A stretch of 64,000 nt of DNA from Eledone cirrhosa. Taxonomy: Eukaryota. How positions within the stretch are numbered: position 1 is the stretch's first letter; each line of letters begins with the position of its first letter. Where the stretch lies: the NCBI GenBank assembly GCA_964016885.1, contig OZ024741.1, positions 228,966,001 to 229,030,000 on the forward strand. Reading direction: 5' to 3'. The position numbers and the translations under genes were made by a program. Below, in pieces: positions 12,323-26,213 of this stretch. A model generated the notes under the pieces. It was not told where the DNA came from and ran no database searches. It saw only the letters and a program-made list of their open reading frames with translations.

Positions 12323-12568
12323 TAGTTAAAGAAAGAAGAGTAACATGGTTGGTTGTACAATAAGGGCTTTATTTAAAGTACTGACAATTGTTTCGTTGAT
12401 CAGGTGCGTCTAGAGTTCACTAATCGCTTGAGGTTGCATCAATCGATCTCGAATACATTGTTTACCACTGGTCAACACATCAGAGTATGATCAACGAAAC
12501 AATTGTCAGTACTTTAAATAAAGCCTTTATTGTACAGCCAACCATGTTACTCTTCTTTCTTTAACTAT
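12323..12568. repeat. Fold-back with ~80-bp inverted arms around HHR family C
   Basis: GTTAAAGAAAGAAGAGTAACATGG...GTTTCGTTGATCA is inverted at TGATCAACGAAAC...CCATGTTACTCTTCTTTCTTTAAC. Confidence 0.85.
12379..12487 (-). ncRNA. Hammerhead family C with long stem II insertion (A9 mutated)
   Basis: Reverse complement: TACT CTGATGT GTTGACCAG-(~60 nt)-CTGATCAAC GAAAC AATT GTC AGTA. Confidence 0.7.
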
Positions 12569-12919
12569 TATTACTCCAAGTATAACCTGCATAGAAATTA
12601 CCGCGAACTCGCTGCATAACTATGGAAACATCTTGTTGAGTCAAACAAAGCCGTATGTTAAAACTATCCACGACGCGGAGTACGCATAACCTCTAATTCG
12701 ATTACCTATAACGATAACTTGTTATCCCATATATATATATATATATATATATGAGAGTTCTGTCTAGTCAAGCTAGGATTTATAAATATCTTAGAACTGG
12801 ATGTAGTGTTTATATGTAAGTATTCAATCGAAGTAAAGATGATATTATCATCCATATGTTGAGTATTCAAAACTCCAGAACCTGATAAATAGTGTTAAAC
12901 AACAAAAGAATAATACAAG

Positions 12920-13013
<94 letters not shown>

Positions 13014-13198
13014 ATTCACAAACACATATATGTAAATCACTCTGCAACCCGGACGGAATTTTCTTCGAGGATACCCTAGCTAGTGATCACCTACCACAGA
13101 AACTACCGGTCACATTGCCGAATCTCGCTGCAACCATCCTTCCAAGGACACATTGAGTCCTTACAAAGTTATCAGCCCCACCACAACCAGGTGGATTA

Positions 13199-13256
<58 letters not shown>

Positions 13257-13665
13257 ATACTTTGGAAGGGTCATACTGTCAATAAAAACACACACACCTG
13301 TTGGTTTTCACTTCATTTTATCATAAATTTCTGGTTGTTTGCTTGGCTGGTTCGATAACCGGATGGTTGTTTATATATTGCCAAAGCTCTTTCGTCACAC
13401 ATTCTATGACCTCAGTGACTGGGTTTTTATTTTGTGTCCCTCCTTTGTTCTGTCCCACACCATCTTGTTTTCGTGAGTTGTGTGCTGTGTGCTTGGTTTT
13501 TTACCCATCCAGATGGATGGGTGTTTTATTTATTTATTTATGTGTTTGTCACTAGTTGGTTGTTTGTTCTATCTGTCTGTGTCTGGTTTGTTTTATTAGT
13601 TTGGTTTTTGTATGTGTCTGTATGTCTTCATTGTGTCCTTAATTACTAGTTGTGATGTTGCTATT

Positions 13666-13980
13666 TCACTCATGTTTTCTGTTTAATTTTGGTTGGAGTT
13701 CGTTTATGTTTGTTCCATCTTTTCTGTGTGAGGATCTAATTTTTATCTCTATGTTTTTCGATGTGCCCCTATGTTCTCTTTTGGCATGTTGGTGAAGTAT
13801 TGATGAGCTTTTCCCATTTTGGAGGTCTCGCCAGTGTTCACTTATCCTTTCTTCTTTGCTACGGACTGTTTCACCTATGTATGTTGTATTCTTATTCCTA
13901 CACTGTCCCTCAGTACATCTTATGCTATATACTACGTTTCTAGTTTTGCAGTTAGTTTGCGGACTATGCATTTCCTATCA
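13666..13980 (-). pseudogene. Penelope-like GIY-YIG endonuclease fragment
   Basis: NCKTRNVVYSIRC...C...TYIGETVRS..ERISEH...LHQH...INELQPKLN. Confidence 0.8.
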
Positions 13981-14310
13981 ATGCAGGGGGTTCTTTGAAA
14001 CGGATGTTTTACTAATTAGGGTTTTTATGGGAATATCTGGTTTTTCAACTATCTTAATATTTATATTCATTTATTTATTTATCTTAATATTTTTATATAT
14101 ATTTATTTATTCATTCATTTATTTATGTCCCTCTCTTATTACAGACTCAGTTCCTGTGCACTGGATGTCGACTACTGTGACTACAGGTAAGTCATTATGC
14201 TTATGATCCTCTATATCAATGATTTTCAAGCGAGAGACACTTGGCTCCAAGGGAATGAATTGGGGAGGTACGTTAATCAGGATCGGAGTTAAAACAAGTT
14301 CAGAATAATT

Positions 14311-14497
14311 TACATTGTGTATATATCAAATGAAATAATAATATACCCAACTATAGAGTACGTTGTATATATATCAAATGAAATACCGATATACCCTACC
14401 ATAGTGTATAATGTGTTTATATTAAATGAAATATCAATATACACAACTATAGTGTATATCATGTATCTATCAAATAAAATACTAATATACCCAACAA
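14311..14497. repeat. 48-bp minisatellite, ~4 diverged units
   Basis: The unit TACATTGTGTATATATCAAATGAAATAATAATATACCCAACTATAGAG is repeated without spacers. Confidence 0.8.
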
Positions 14498-14749
14498 TCA
14501 CGAATTAAAAGTTCGTCCCCCCCCCCTCCCCAAACTAAAAAAAATTAAAAAAATGCTGCTTCAGACTTTATCCCGGGATAACACAAATGTTGAGGTTTAA
14601 AACGATTTCTCTATTAAATTTGTGCGCGAATGAAAAATTAGTAGATGACAATTGAAAATGGAGAGGAATTGTGAGGAAACCTGGGATTGCAAGAGGAGGA
14701 ATGTGATCTGAGTCGTTGAGAATTACTGCTCTCTACAATGTCTGTCTAG

Positions 14750-14783
<34 letters not shown>

Positions 14784-15289
14784 GCCTCTCTCACCCTTTC
14801 TACCTCTCTCTCTATCTAACTATCTATCCCTCTTTTTTGCGTTCCTAGGATCGTGTGTGTGTGTGTGTGCGTATGTATGTATATATATAGAGAGAGAGAA
14901 ATAGGGAAAGAGAGAAGGGAGGGAAAGACCCTACCGTATGTGTATTCCATTGCTGCTATAAATTCATGTATATTGGTGAAGTACTTTCACCAGGAATTAG
15001 ATATATAATAAAATTCGCCAAGGTATTGTTAAATCTCGTGAGGCGTTAAAAGAAAGTGAAGATTTTCTTTTTTTTTATTATTTTATTGAGTTTAGCAAAA
15101 TTGTTCGAGCGTCGAACGAAATGTTTTCATCATATAGTATCAGTCAAGTACTGGGATAGACATAATCGACTTTTCCTTCTCCGAACTTGGTGGCCTTGTG
15201 GTTAAATTTACTCGGTTATGAACAAATGGACGAAATACATTGGGAGTGAGAGGGGTGATGTGCGTCAGTTCAGCCAACGAGCCAACAGG

Positions 15290-15680
15290 CAAATTGGCAG
15301 AAACGTTTGAGTGTCAGACGGAATACTTTGTGGTATTTCATCCGATTCTTTATGATTTTGAGTTCAAATCCCGCTGAGATCAACCTTGCCTTTCACAGTT
15401 TTTTCGTTTCCGATAAAATAAAGTAAATAACACCGAATGGTAGATTGGTGAAATTGGAAGAGCGTCGGACGAGTTGCGTTGTATTTGTTCCGGTTCTTTA
15501 CCTTCTGAGTTCAAATCCTGTCGTGACCTACTTGTGTAACAGAGATTAATCCTCTTCCTGGTTTAACACCACTACATGGCTCTTGGATGTCCTTACCAGA
15601 GTCCACTTTGCTACAAACTTTACCTTTCATCCTTTCGGCGTTGATAAAAAAAAGTCCCAGTTCAGTACTGTAGTCGATTC
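15290..15680 (+). mobile_element. Cluster of degenerate SINE family 1 fragments
   Basis: TTGGCAGAA... A-box-like head, GAGTTCAAATCC at ~15360 and ~15507, and CTTTACCTTTCATCCTTTCGG at ~15618. Confidence 0.7.
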
Positions 15681-16085
15681 TTCCCCTATATCTCTCACTC
15701 ACTTCCCCTCTTTCTCTCTCCTTCTCTGGAAGAATGGGCTGTGTTCAGACCCTGAGATGGGATGACTTCTACCATGTTTAAAGTGCCCAAAGCGGAACCC
15801 TTATGATTCCACCAGGAGTTAAAGAGTCATTCATACTTACTTTGTAGCAAACATTCGGTCAAGATCTCAGGTTTGATGATACCATCCTCGACCCCTCGAA
15901 TCCGAAGTCCTTAAAAGGATCATGGTCAGTGCCCCTCCCTCCTAACCAACCAATAAAAATACAACCAAATATTAAATATTTCCTGATCAGAATGGTTAGT
16001 ACATAAAATATGACATCAATATCCTGTTATATGTTATAACATGATTGCTAAAAAGGGTGGGTGGTTGAAGAATTTGCACTCGGAG

Positions 16086-16140
<55 letters not shown>

Positions 16141-16142
16141 AG

Positions 16143-16176
<34 letters not shown>

Positions 16177-16339
16177 CTGTTGTTGGTGTTTTTGTTGTTA
16201 ATGTCGCGATTGTTCTCTGATATTTTCCTAAACGAGCACTGGATACCCCCCCGCCCCGTTCAACTAACCTCCCTGAAATTCCACAACAAGCAACATACGA
16301 ACACCCACACATCTACATAGTAGATATACCTACACCAAC

Positions 16340-16371
<32 letters not shown>

Positions 16372-16474
16372 GCATATAGTTAAATGCTCAAACGCACACA
16401 TACATACATACATCCATACATCCATACATACATACATACATACATACATACATACATACATGTGTGTGTGTGCA

Positions 16475-16551
<77 letters not shown>

Positions 16552-17050
16552 ATACGTCTGTATTTATGTATATAACAAGTATACATGTTTACATACATAC
16601 ATTCATACATACATACATAGCTGCATACACACACGCGCACCAACATATATATATATACGTATGCATATATAAATATACACTCACGCATACACATACACAT
16701 AAGTGTGTGTGTGTGTGTGTGTGTGCATGTGCGTGTGTGCATGTATATAAGCATGTGTGTGTGCAGAAATGACCTTAAAACAATGAATGGAGAGAGAACA
16801 AGTGAAACTATTTGCACTAAACTACACGGTCTTTCCTCTACTTCTCTAACATCTCCCTACATATCTCGCTTTCTCTTTCTCACTCACATACATACACACA
16901 TATACCATAGACACTCATACAAAAAAATATATCACTACTTTATAACTCATAGCGAATGGTCTTCAAAATGTTTTTAATTAAACATACAGTATATTGCCAA
17001 ATATACTATACATATATTCATGTATATATCGCTATTTCAGAGAACCTATA

Positions 17051-17085
<35 letters not shown>

Positions 17086-17133
17086 TCACAGGCACACATA
17101 TATATACACGTGCGCGTGCATGCGCACACAGAC

Positions 17134-17189
<56 letters not shown>

Positions 17190-17193
<4 letters not shown>

Positions 17194-19885
17194 CCACCGC
17201 ATAATGCACAGCTGGAGGAATTTGAAAACCGTATAATCAACATAGTTCGTAACATCAAGTTCCATAGGAATAGTGCACGGCGAACCAAATACCTCAAGAG
17301 CCTCAGCTCCACTATCAAAAGCATGGAAAAATGCCAGGATTTACTTGTGCCAAAACTGGTAATATATACATACTTGACCGTTTTATATACAACGACTGCC
17401 TCGGGAAAGAGATTAGGAAAAACTATAGGACCACAGGACAGACAAATTTAGATAATATTAACGCCACGACAAACAGTATATTGACGGGGCTGGGGCTAGG
17501 ATTAGATGATAGGACCGAGGTATATGTACCTAGAAAACCACGGATATTTATTTAGGACCATAAATTAGACTTTAAAACTAAACTACCGGTTAGGTTAATA
17601 GCACCCTCAAAATCTGACCTAGGCAGGACCAGCAAGAATATCATAGACAGGATACTACTGGTACTTAGAAACAAAACTAAGCTTAGCCTATGGACCTCCA
17701 CGAAGGAGATACTTGACTGGTTCTCGTTAGTAGGTGACAAGCAACTAGTAAATTTTATTCAGTTAAACATAGATAACTATTACGCGTCAATATCCCCGAT
17801 ACTAGTCAATAAGGCCCTCATAAGCGCCATGGCCAGATCTAGCCTCACTAGGAAGGAGACCAACCTCATAGTAGCAGCCAGAAAGACGCTAATTAGATTC
17901 GAAGACAAGTTATGGGAGAGGAGAGACAGACCCGACAGTTTCGATATCACCATGGGGTCGAGCGACTCGGCGCAGGTGACCGACCTTGTGGGGATATATC
18001 TCATCCATAGGCTGTCGGAGGAGGTCCCGGGTATCGACAGTGGAATATACAGAGACGACGCACTTTTCACCTTCCGTTCCCTTAACCCCAGCCAGATGGA
18101 GCGTATGAGGAAGCACATATCGCATTTTTTTAAACAACAAGGCTTATCCGTGACAATAGAACCTAGCACTAAGACGGTCAATTTCCTGGACGTTACCTTC
18201 GAAATGAATACGGGCATCCACCGACCGTATCATAAGCCCAACGAGAACCTGCAATATGTGAATAGGCAATCGAATCACCCTAAGTCAGTCATAGAAGCCA
18301 TAGTTAAAGGGGTATCCAAACGCGTATCCACCCTGTCGGCGAACGCAGACGTGTTTAAGCAGCACGCCGAATATTATAATGAGGCACTGCGCAGGGCCGG
18401 TTACACAGACACCATACTATATACCCCGGACAGGGAAGAGCCAAGTGATGAGGCGTGCAGTAATGGCAATAGCGGGGGCGTCTCCATAGGTAGAACTGAC
18501 CCGGTAGCAATCTCTAGGAACACAAATAGCAACACAAATAACATTAATGACACAGGATCGACCGTAGGTAGGACAAAGGCACCCATAGGTGCCAGACCAC
18601 CCAGTACGCGGAGACATGGAGCTGGCACGCACACTGCATGCTCCGCGGAAACTGGTACCAGGGACAGGACATCGACACATACGTACGTGGCACTCGCCAG
18701 AGAGCACACCCAGCCTGGTTGTAGTGGTACAGCACCGACAGCAGCATCATATAGACCTAAGGGGACTGGATGTATAGCCGACCACATAGAACGACGTAAC
18801 TTAATAACTGAAGGGCATAACCCCGATGCCCATAGCGGGCACATATATAGAGACAACACAGGAGATATAATTCTGGCTGGGCAGAGCACAAGACGGACAT
18901 CGGGTCCAGGACACACCAAAACGACTCCACGCATGCGAAGGAACAGATCTAAGGCCATTACTTGGTTTAATGCGCCTTACTCCAAACATGTACACACCAA
19001 CATGCCAGGACTTTTTTTCCGAGTGTTGGATGAGTGCTTTCCGCCGACGAACAAGTACCACAAAATCTTCAACCGCTACACGGTGACGTTTTCCTTCTCC
19101 ACAGCACCTAACATGGCCGACTACATGGCTAAGACTAACGCGGTGAAGATGGCGAGCATTGGCCGTCAACCACGGCGACAGAATGACCGTCTATCGGAGC
19201 GCGGGGGACCACCCGGGGACCAGCCCTCAAATGACAACCCGGCCCCGAGGCGGCCGGAACGCCCGTGGAAGGTGATGTGGTCCAACGCCGGGTGGGAACG
19301 AGTGGCATAGGGGAGACGACAGTGTCGGCGGAACAACACCCTGTGAACCCTGAGAGGGCCATAACAGATCAAGGCCCAGACATCAGATGCGAAAGAACCG
19401 ACAACAGAACTTGTAACTGCAGAGCGGGCACCCAGTGCCCCCTGCAAGGAAAATTCCTGACGAAGGACCTGATATACAAGTGTGTGGTTACAACCCAAAA
19501 TGCGCATCGCACCTACATCGGTGCAACATCCACGACCTTTAAATCGCGGATGTATAATCACAGGAATTCCTTCAGGGACCGTAGCAAAAGGCATTCCACT
19601 AGGTTAGCGGACCTGGTGTGGGACCTGAAAGACCAAGGCACTCCGTACGTCCTGGAATGGAGCATCGTTCGCCATGCGAGGGCATATAAGGCTAGAAGTA
19701 GAAAGTGCCTACACGAGGCCATGGAGATAGTCAGACTGAAAGATGAGGTCAACCTGAAGTCTGAAATTATCATCACCTGCAGACACCAGAGAAGATGCAC
19801 ATTTGCAGCATGGAATCCTCCGGGTGGCACAGGCCAGGGGCATGTGACCGGGTACGCACAGACCCGAGCGGCCCAACGGGATTAA
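17190..19885 (+). pseudogene. PLE RT/GIY-YIG polyprotein, frameshifted
   Basis: ORF pieces 17020-17451 (coding part from ~17190), 17331-17555, 17829-19310 and 19265-19885. Confidence 0.88.
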
Positions 19886-22436
19886 GGGACCTGGCACCAT
19901 GCCCTGATGACATTGTGCGACCCGTGTGGAAAACATAAGTAAACCAGGGTGCACACCTGACCGAGCACGTAACATTGGGCAGGTACATCGCCTATGCCGG
20001 GACCGTCTAACACGGACTCCACTGTCGTCCAGTCAAATACCCCAAACATTTAGAACAGCACACCCCAACCACGGTGGCATACCCCATGGTGACCAGGTCA
20101 AGCGTCCCCTTGAATATGTACCCCGTAAATCGTGAATATATACTCTCCACATATTCCACTTTGGAACAATTATTATTACTGTTGTTATTGTTTTGTTATT
20201 GTTACTAGCTCCATATACGGACCTAGGTTTGCACCTCATACTACATGTGTGTAGTATATCACATGGATACACGCACCTTCTCCTGTACCTCCCCCGTTTT
20301 TTATTCATCTCTTTGTGAAGTTACATACAGATTTTAATGTATTTTAACGTATTGGAAATTTATTTATTTTATTTTATTATCTTATTGTGTTTATATATGT
20401 GTGTTTTTTATGTGTAGAACTGTGCGTAGGTATATGTATGTGTGTGTATGTAGATACATATATATATACGTGTTTGTGTATGGGGAGGGTGTATGTGTGC
20501 ATGTGTACGTATATGCATGAGCTTATACGTGTGTGTGTGCATGCATCATATGTATGTACAATGTGACTGTGTATGTATATATATGTATATATATATGTAT
20601 AGCTGTGTATGAGTATGTGTGTGTATGTGGGTGCATATGTATATATATATATATATATGTGTGTGCGTATGTATGTATATGTGGGTCTCTATATGTATGT
20701 GTATTTATGTGTATATATATATATATAAATATGTGTACATCTCACAGGAATGTGTACGGATGGATTATATATTCATTTTATTATGTATTATTTTATCATA
20801 TATCCATTGGGTATATATATATATGTATATATGAATATGTAAGCACGTATATATATATATGTATATGTATATTATATTGTATACTATATTGTTATTTTAT
20901 GTTATGTTATTTTATTGTTATTTTATTGTATATTGTATTTTTTATTATATATTATATATTTATTTTACGGTTTTGTTTATGTATGTATATGTGGAAGCAT
21001 GTGTGCGTAAGCAAATATACATATGTGCATGTGTGTGTATGTGGCCGTCCGTGTGCGTATGTATATGTATGTACATGTATATATGTGTGCATGTATGTGT
21101 ATGTATATATGTGGGTGTGCGTATGCAGGTAGAGTTTTATATATATATATATGTGTGTGTGTGTATGTATGTGTATATGTAGTTTGGTGTACGTATGTGT
21201 ATGTATATATATATATAAAAATATATATATATATATATATGTATATAGGATTGTGCGTAGGTATATGTGCATGCGTATGTGTGTGTATATGTGTATGTTT
21301 GATTGGGTGTGTGTGCACATATGGACATATATGCGTATAGGTATGTATGTGTATGTGCGTGTATACTTGTGTATGTGTATGTATGTGTGCGTATACATAT
21401 ATGTATATGTGTAAACGTGTGTGTCTGCATGCGTGTGAGTATCTGTCAGTGTATGTGTGTGTGTGTGTGTGGGCGCATACGTACACCCACATAGGACAGG
21501 GTTTGTCTATGTGTTTATATGCGGGTACATGTACATGTGTGTAGATATATGTATAGGTGTGTGTATATATGTGTATGTGTGCGTATGCCTTTGGAAGTGT
21601 GTCTGTCCCTGATGCCTATCAATAATGATATGCGTGTATGAGCGTGTGTATCCATGTATGTGTCTGAGAGTGTTTGTGTGTATATATGTGCTGATGTGCC
21701 CGAACGCCGATATGTTTCTTTGTATGCGTGGACGTGTGTGTCTGCGCGTGTGTGCGCCTATACGTGCGTGTGAGACCGGATGTATGGCGCTGTTTAGGCA
21801 GGCGCCAATTAGCATGTGGCGGTCGGTATCTGGATGTGGATGTGCCTGGGTTTGTGGAAAAGATGGAGAGTGTGTGCGTGTATATTTGTGTATGGGATTA
21901 TGTGTGTCTACACATGTATACGTACATATGTGTATGCATGCATGTGTGTGTGCCTGCGTGTGTGTGTGTATATATGTACGTACATACTCTGGAGTGTGAA
22001 CAGACGTGTGAGATACCGAAGCCAGCAGGGCTCCATTAAAGTGTGTCGGACAGAAAATGGCTGATGACCCGTGTAGCAGTAAATAGCGACCAAAACTTAA
22101 GATGACGTAGAATAACAACAGCCAATGGCATGACAGAGTGGAAGATGTTTTTTTTAAAGGTGTTTTTTTTGACGATAACACCCCAGTGAGAAAATTTGCT
22201 CCGAAAGAACTGCCCGTGTCCAAAGGAACCTGCAACCGTAGAATCAGCCAGATCCATACAGTGATCATGTCTCGAGCTACCCGCCGGCGAAACAATTGTA
22301 ACACGCAATAAACTGAGTCCAGATGTATCACTGATTTTTCGTTTTTTTATACTATCCACACTCTGCTCTGTATAAATATTGAGTGCTAATTTTGACATAC
22401 CGCCTATGGAAGCACCATAGCTACCATTATACACAC

Positions 22437-22519
<83 letters not shown>

Positions 22520-22637
22520 TGTATCTGTGTGCGCAGACACACACACATATATATATATAGTATTAATGTTTGCATATGTATCTGTATGTCTCTTGGGTTG
22601 AAAAGGAGGTAATATAAGTGTTCATTCATTAATAAAT

Positions 22638-22684
22638 TGCTCCGAAGAATCCAAACCTCGGTTTGGAGGAAACAGTTGTAAGCA
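22638..22684 (+). ncRNA. Hammerhead family D (CCGAAGA core)
   Basis: TGCT CCGAAGA A TCCAAAC ctcg GTTTGGA G GAAAC AGTT GTA AGCA. Confidence 0.75.
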
Positions 22685-22812
22685 TAAAAATGTTTTGAAC
22701 AGATTTTTGATTCTTATAACTTATATATATATATATATATGCGTGAGTATGTGTATTCGTATAACCAATTGTTTCAGGAAGGGTTGAAAAATCATAAAAT
22801 CTACGGACGATA

Positions 22813-22813
<1 letters not shown>

Positions 22814-22843
<30 letters not shown>

Positions 22844-22962
22844 AAGAAGAAGAAGAAGAAGAAGAAGAAGAAGAAGAAGAAGAAGAAGAAGAAGAAGAAG
22901 AAGAAGAAGAAGAAGAAGAAGAAGAAGAAGAAGAAGAAGAAGAAGAAGAAGAAGAAGAAGAA
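22814..22962 (+). repeat. (GAA)n microsatellite
   Basis: About 150 bp of perfect AAG repeats. Confidence 0.97.
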
Positions 22963-23511
22963 AGACAGAGTGAAAAGGAAAGACAGACACAGAAAATATA
23001 CCGGAAACGACAAAAAATCGTGTATACGTTGTACAATGGAATCTATAGCGACAACATTCAGTCTCGTGGAATTGTCAATGAACAATAATCGGACATCGGC
23101 AGTCACTTTCTATGTGTGTGCATGTGTGTGTGAATGTGTGTGTGTGTGCGTGTGTGTATGTGTGTGTGTATGAGTTTGTTTGTTTATGGATATACATATA
23201 CATACAACACGCATACAACACGCATACACACACATACACGGAAAACAAAGAAAAGCAGGGTAAACTTCCTTTTCCAGAAATAAGATGAGAAATACAAAAC
23301 TATTATGATGTAAATCACCTGCCCTGTCTTTCTTGTGTGTGTGCATGTGTCTAAATGTATTTGTACGCTTGATTGCAGGTAAATATATAGAATGTATATA
23401 TATATATTTACCTATATTTACTCATACACACGCACGGGTATATATACTTATGTATATATATATATATAATTATGTAAATATATATATATAAAACAAATAT
23501 ATACGTATATG

Positions 23512-23543
<32 letters not shown>

Positions 23544-23981
23544 AATGTATATATATATATATACCTATATGTATATATATATATATGAAATTAGAGAAAT
23601 GAATGTAAGCAAAAAGCCTACAATAATTAGACATATAAGTGACTATAACATCAAGATGAAACATTTTTAACGAAGTTAAGTGAGTCTGTGTGTGAATGTG
23701 TATATATATATATACACACACACACACATTCGCACAAAGACTCAGGGGCAGGTGATTTACATGATAATAGCTTTGTTTTTCTTCTTCATATTTTTATAAA
23801 AGGGAGTTTACTCTGTTTTTCTTTGTTTGCATTGCGTATTTGAAGCGGGTTTCTTTGTGGTCCTCCGTGGCTTTCATTGTTTTCGTGATCTCAGCAGGTA
23901 ATCCATCTTACTAAGTTTTCTGTCAATATACCGGGATATAATTTTATATGTATGTATATGTATGTACGTATATATGTATCG

Positions 23982-24062
<81 letters not shown>

Positions 24063-24094
24063 TATGAGAAATGAAATTTCGTTTCATTTTTTCC

Positions 24095-24247
<153 letters not shown>

Positions 24248-24424
24248 TGTATAAAAAAGTGGTCGTAACAACGAAGTTTCAGCTTCCTTGCTTCGTCTTG
24301 CTGCGTTGGGTATATGGAGTTTTCTTATTTATAAGGTTCATTTCTGGCTTGGGTTGTTATTTTATATAGGCAAGGATGGTGATTTATTTAATAACGTAAT
24401 AAAATTATTTCCAATTAATTTAAT

Positions 24425-24465
<41 letters not shown>

Positions 24466-24639
24466 TCTCTCTCCCTCTATCTCTCTCTCTCTCTCACTCT
24501 CTCTCCCTCACTCACTCTCTCTCTCTGTTAGTGTGTTTGTTTTGGTCTGCATCTATTGGAAAGCAGGAGTTTTTGTGACAGAATCATTTCACAACCAACA
24601 TCCTCTCACTTTCTCTCTCTACACATATATATATATACT

Positions 24640-24690
<51 letters not shown>

Positions 24691-25009
24691 ATTCATCGAC
24701 AATTCTCATTACCTACTTATCTATTTATCTATAAATCTATTTTATTATAGAAATAACTTGTCCAGGACTAGAAGAAATCCTGATGATTTTTTATTAATGA
24801 TACAGTTACAGTCCTATTGAAGTCATTTCTATAATTAAAAAAATATGCCTATGTTCTATTAACATATTGAGGGCCTTTTTTAAATATAGCCACCAAACGA
24901 TATACGTCGAGAATCCACTTTCCTATATATCTATCTATATAACTATTGCTTTGACTAATCCTGAACCTATATACATGACACAGAAAATAGTACTACTAGC
25001 CGCACCTTA

Positions 25010-26161
25010 TCTCCTTATAATATATAACCAGCAATTTCTCTGTTTGCCTGTCTGTCCGACAGTGGAAACACGTGCGCGCGTGCGAATGTTTTTGCGCACG
25101 CCTAGAGAGAGAGTGAGAGTGAAAGAAAGAGACAGACTACAAGAGGGGGATAGCGGGAGGGAGAGAGGGGGGAATTGAGGAGTGCTACAGAAACATATAT
25201 ACATATCTGTGTGTGTGTAATATATATATATATATACACTCACAGAAATATATATATATATACACACAGAAATATATATACATTTCTGTGTGTGTAATAT
25301 ATATACTAGCAGAAAACCACTCGATGGGCGGTTTTCTGCTAGTATAATTATATATTCGTGTACAGATATTTTTACATACACAAACACAAAATATAAAGAA
25401 ACGTATTTATTTCACGAAAGCACAGACGGCTTATCGTCATTGTTACTGCCGATATGCCACCCAAAAAGTCCCACTACTTTTGGCACAAGGCCAGCAATTA
25501 GATAGTCAACGGTTCGGAAATCACATGCATCACTGACGAGTTTACTCCTTACTCTACCAGTTAGTCTTAGTGTACTTCGTCCTGCTTTTAGGTCATGCCT
25601 CGAAGGAAGAGATACTCCATTGGCCGAAATACTGCAACGGCGAGCAAAAGAATCGTCAGTGGAATCTGCTATTCGACGGTCGCAAGATGCTGAATGTACT
25701 GCCGCCAGAAGAGCACTTGAAACAGACAACCAACGATCCATTTGCCGAACCGTGTCAGCTTTGCAATGTCTATCAACAAATCCCAGGGTCAGACCCTAGG
25801 TGTTGCTGGTCTTCTTTTAGAAGAGTCATGTTTTTCACACGTTGGCTACTCAAGAGTGGGAAGCAAGACAAATCTCTTTGCATATGCCCGACACGGAAGA
25901 ACAAGGAACATTTTGTACAAGGAGGTGCTACAATCATTGTTTAGGTAAACGAGGCAGAAGGGGATATACACGATTGGCTGAAGAAGGACGAGACTGTGTT
26001 AGTAGTACGACCAACGGCTGCTATCACACAAGCAGCAGCAAAAACAACAACAAAAAACAGAGGCCGAGGTATTCTGTACTTCTCTGTATTGTTTCAGAAA
26101 GGAGGGATAAACATGCCAATCTATGTTTAGAAGCCCGAGCAGCGCCGGGCCATTCTGCTAG
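25010..26161 (+). mobile_element. Helitron, internally deleted, retaining the PIF1-like helicase C-terminus
   Basis: 25742-25948 reads FAMSINKSQGQTL...FSHVGYSRV...TRNILYKEVL. The 3' end has a GCCCG/CGGGC hairpin then CTAG followed by T. The 5' TC after A at 25010 is less certain. Confidence 0.8.
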
Positions 26162-26213
26162 TATATATATAATAATAATAATAATAAAATTTCGCTCTAC
26201 ATGGCTGAATACA

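Larger units (their letters stand above)
17190..22715 (+). mobile_element. Penelope-like element (RT, Cys-rich linker, C-terminal GIY-YIG) with long simple-sequence 3' region ending in an HHR
   Basis: RT: DITMGSSDSAQVTDLVG, GIYRDDALF, VNFLDVT, YVNRQSNHP. Linker: WFNAPYS, KIFNRYTV. 19265-19885: CNCRAGTQCPLQG, LIYKCVV, TYIGATSTTFKSRMYNH. The 3' boundary is inferred from the HHR shared with the related element at 33247-35068. Confidence 0.8.

Noticed and set aside
19900-19945. CTGATGA...GGAAAAC just after the PLE stop codon as a hammerhead
   Set aside because: Stem II is only ~3 weak pairs, and I find no stem I/III pairing or proper NUH site.
24262-24310. Minus-strand AAGACGA AGC...GCT GAAAC TTC GTT hammerhead-like motif
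   Set aside because: The core has two substitutions and stem I is poor; at best a decayed relic.
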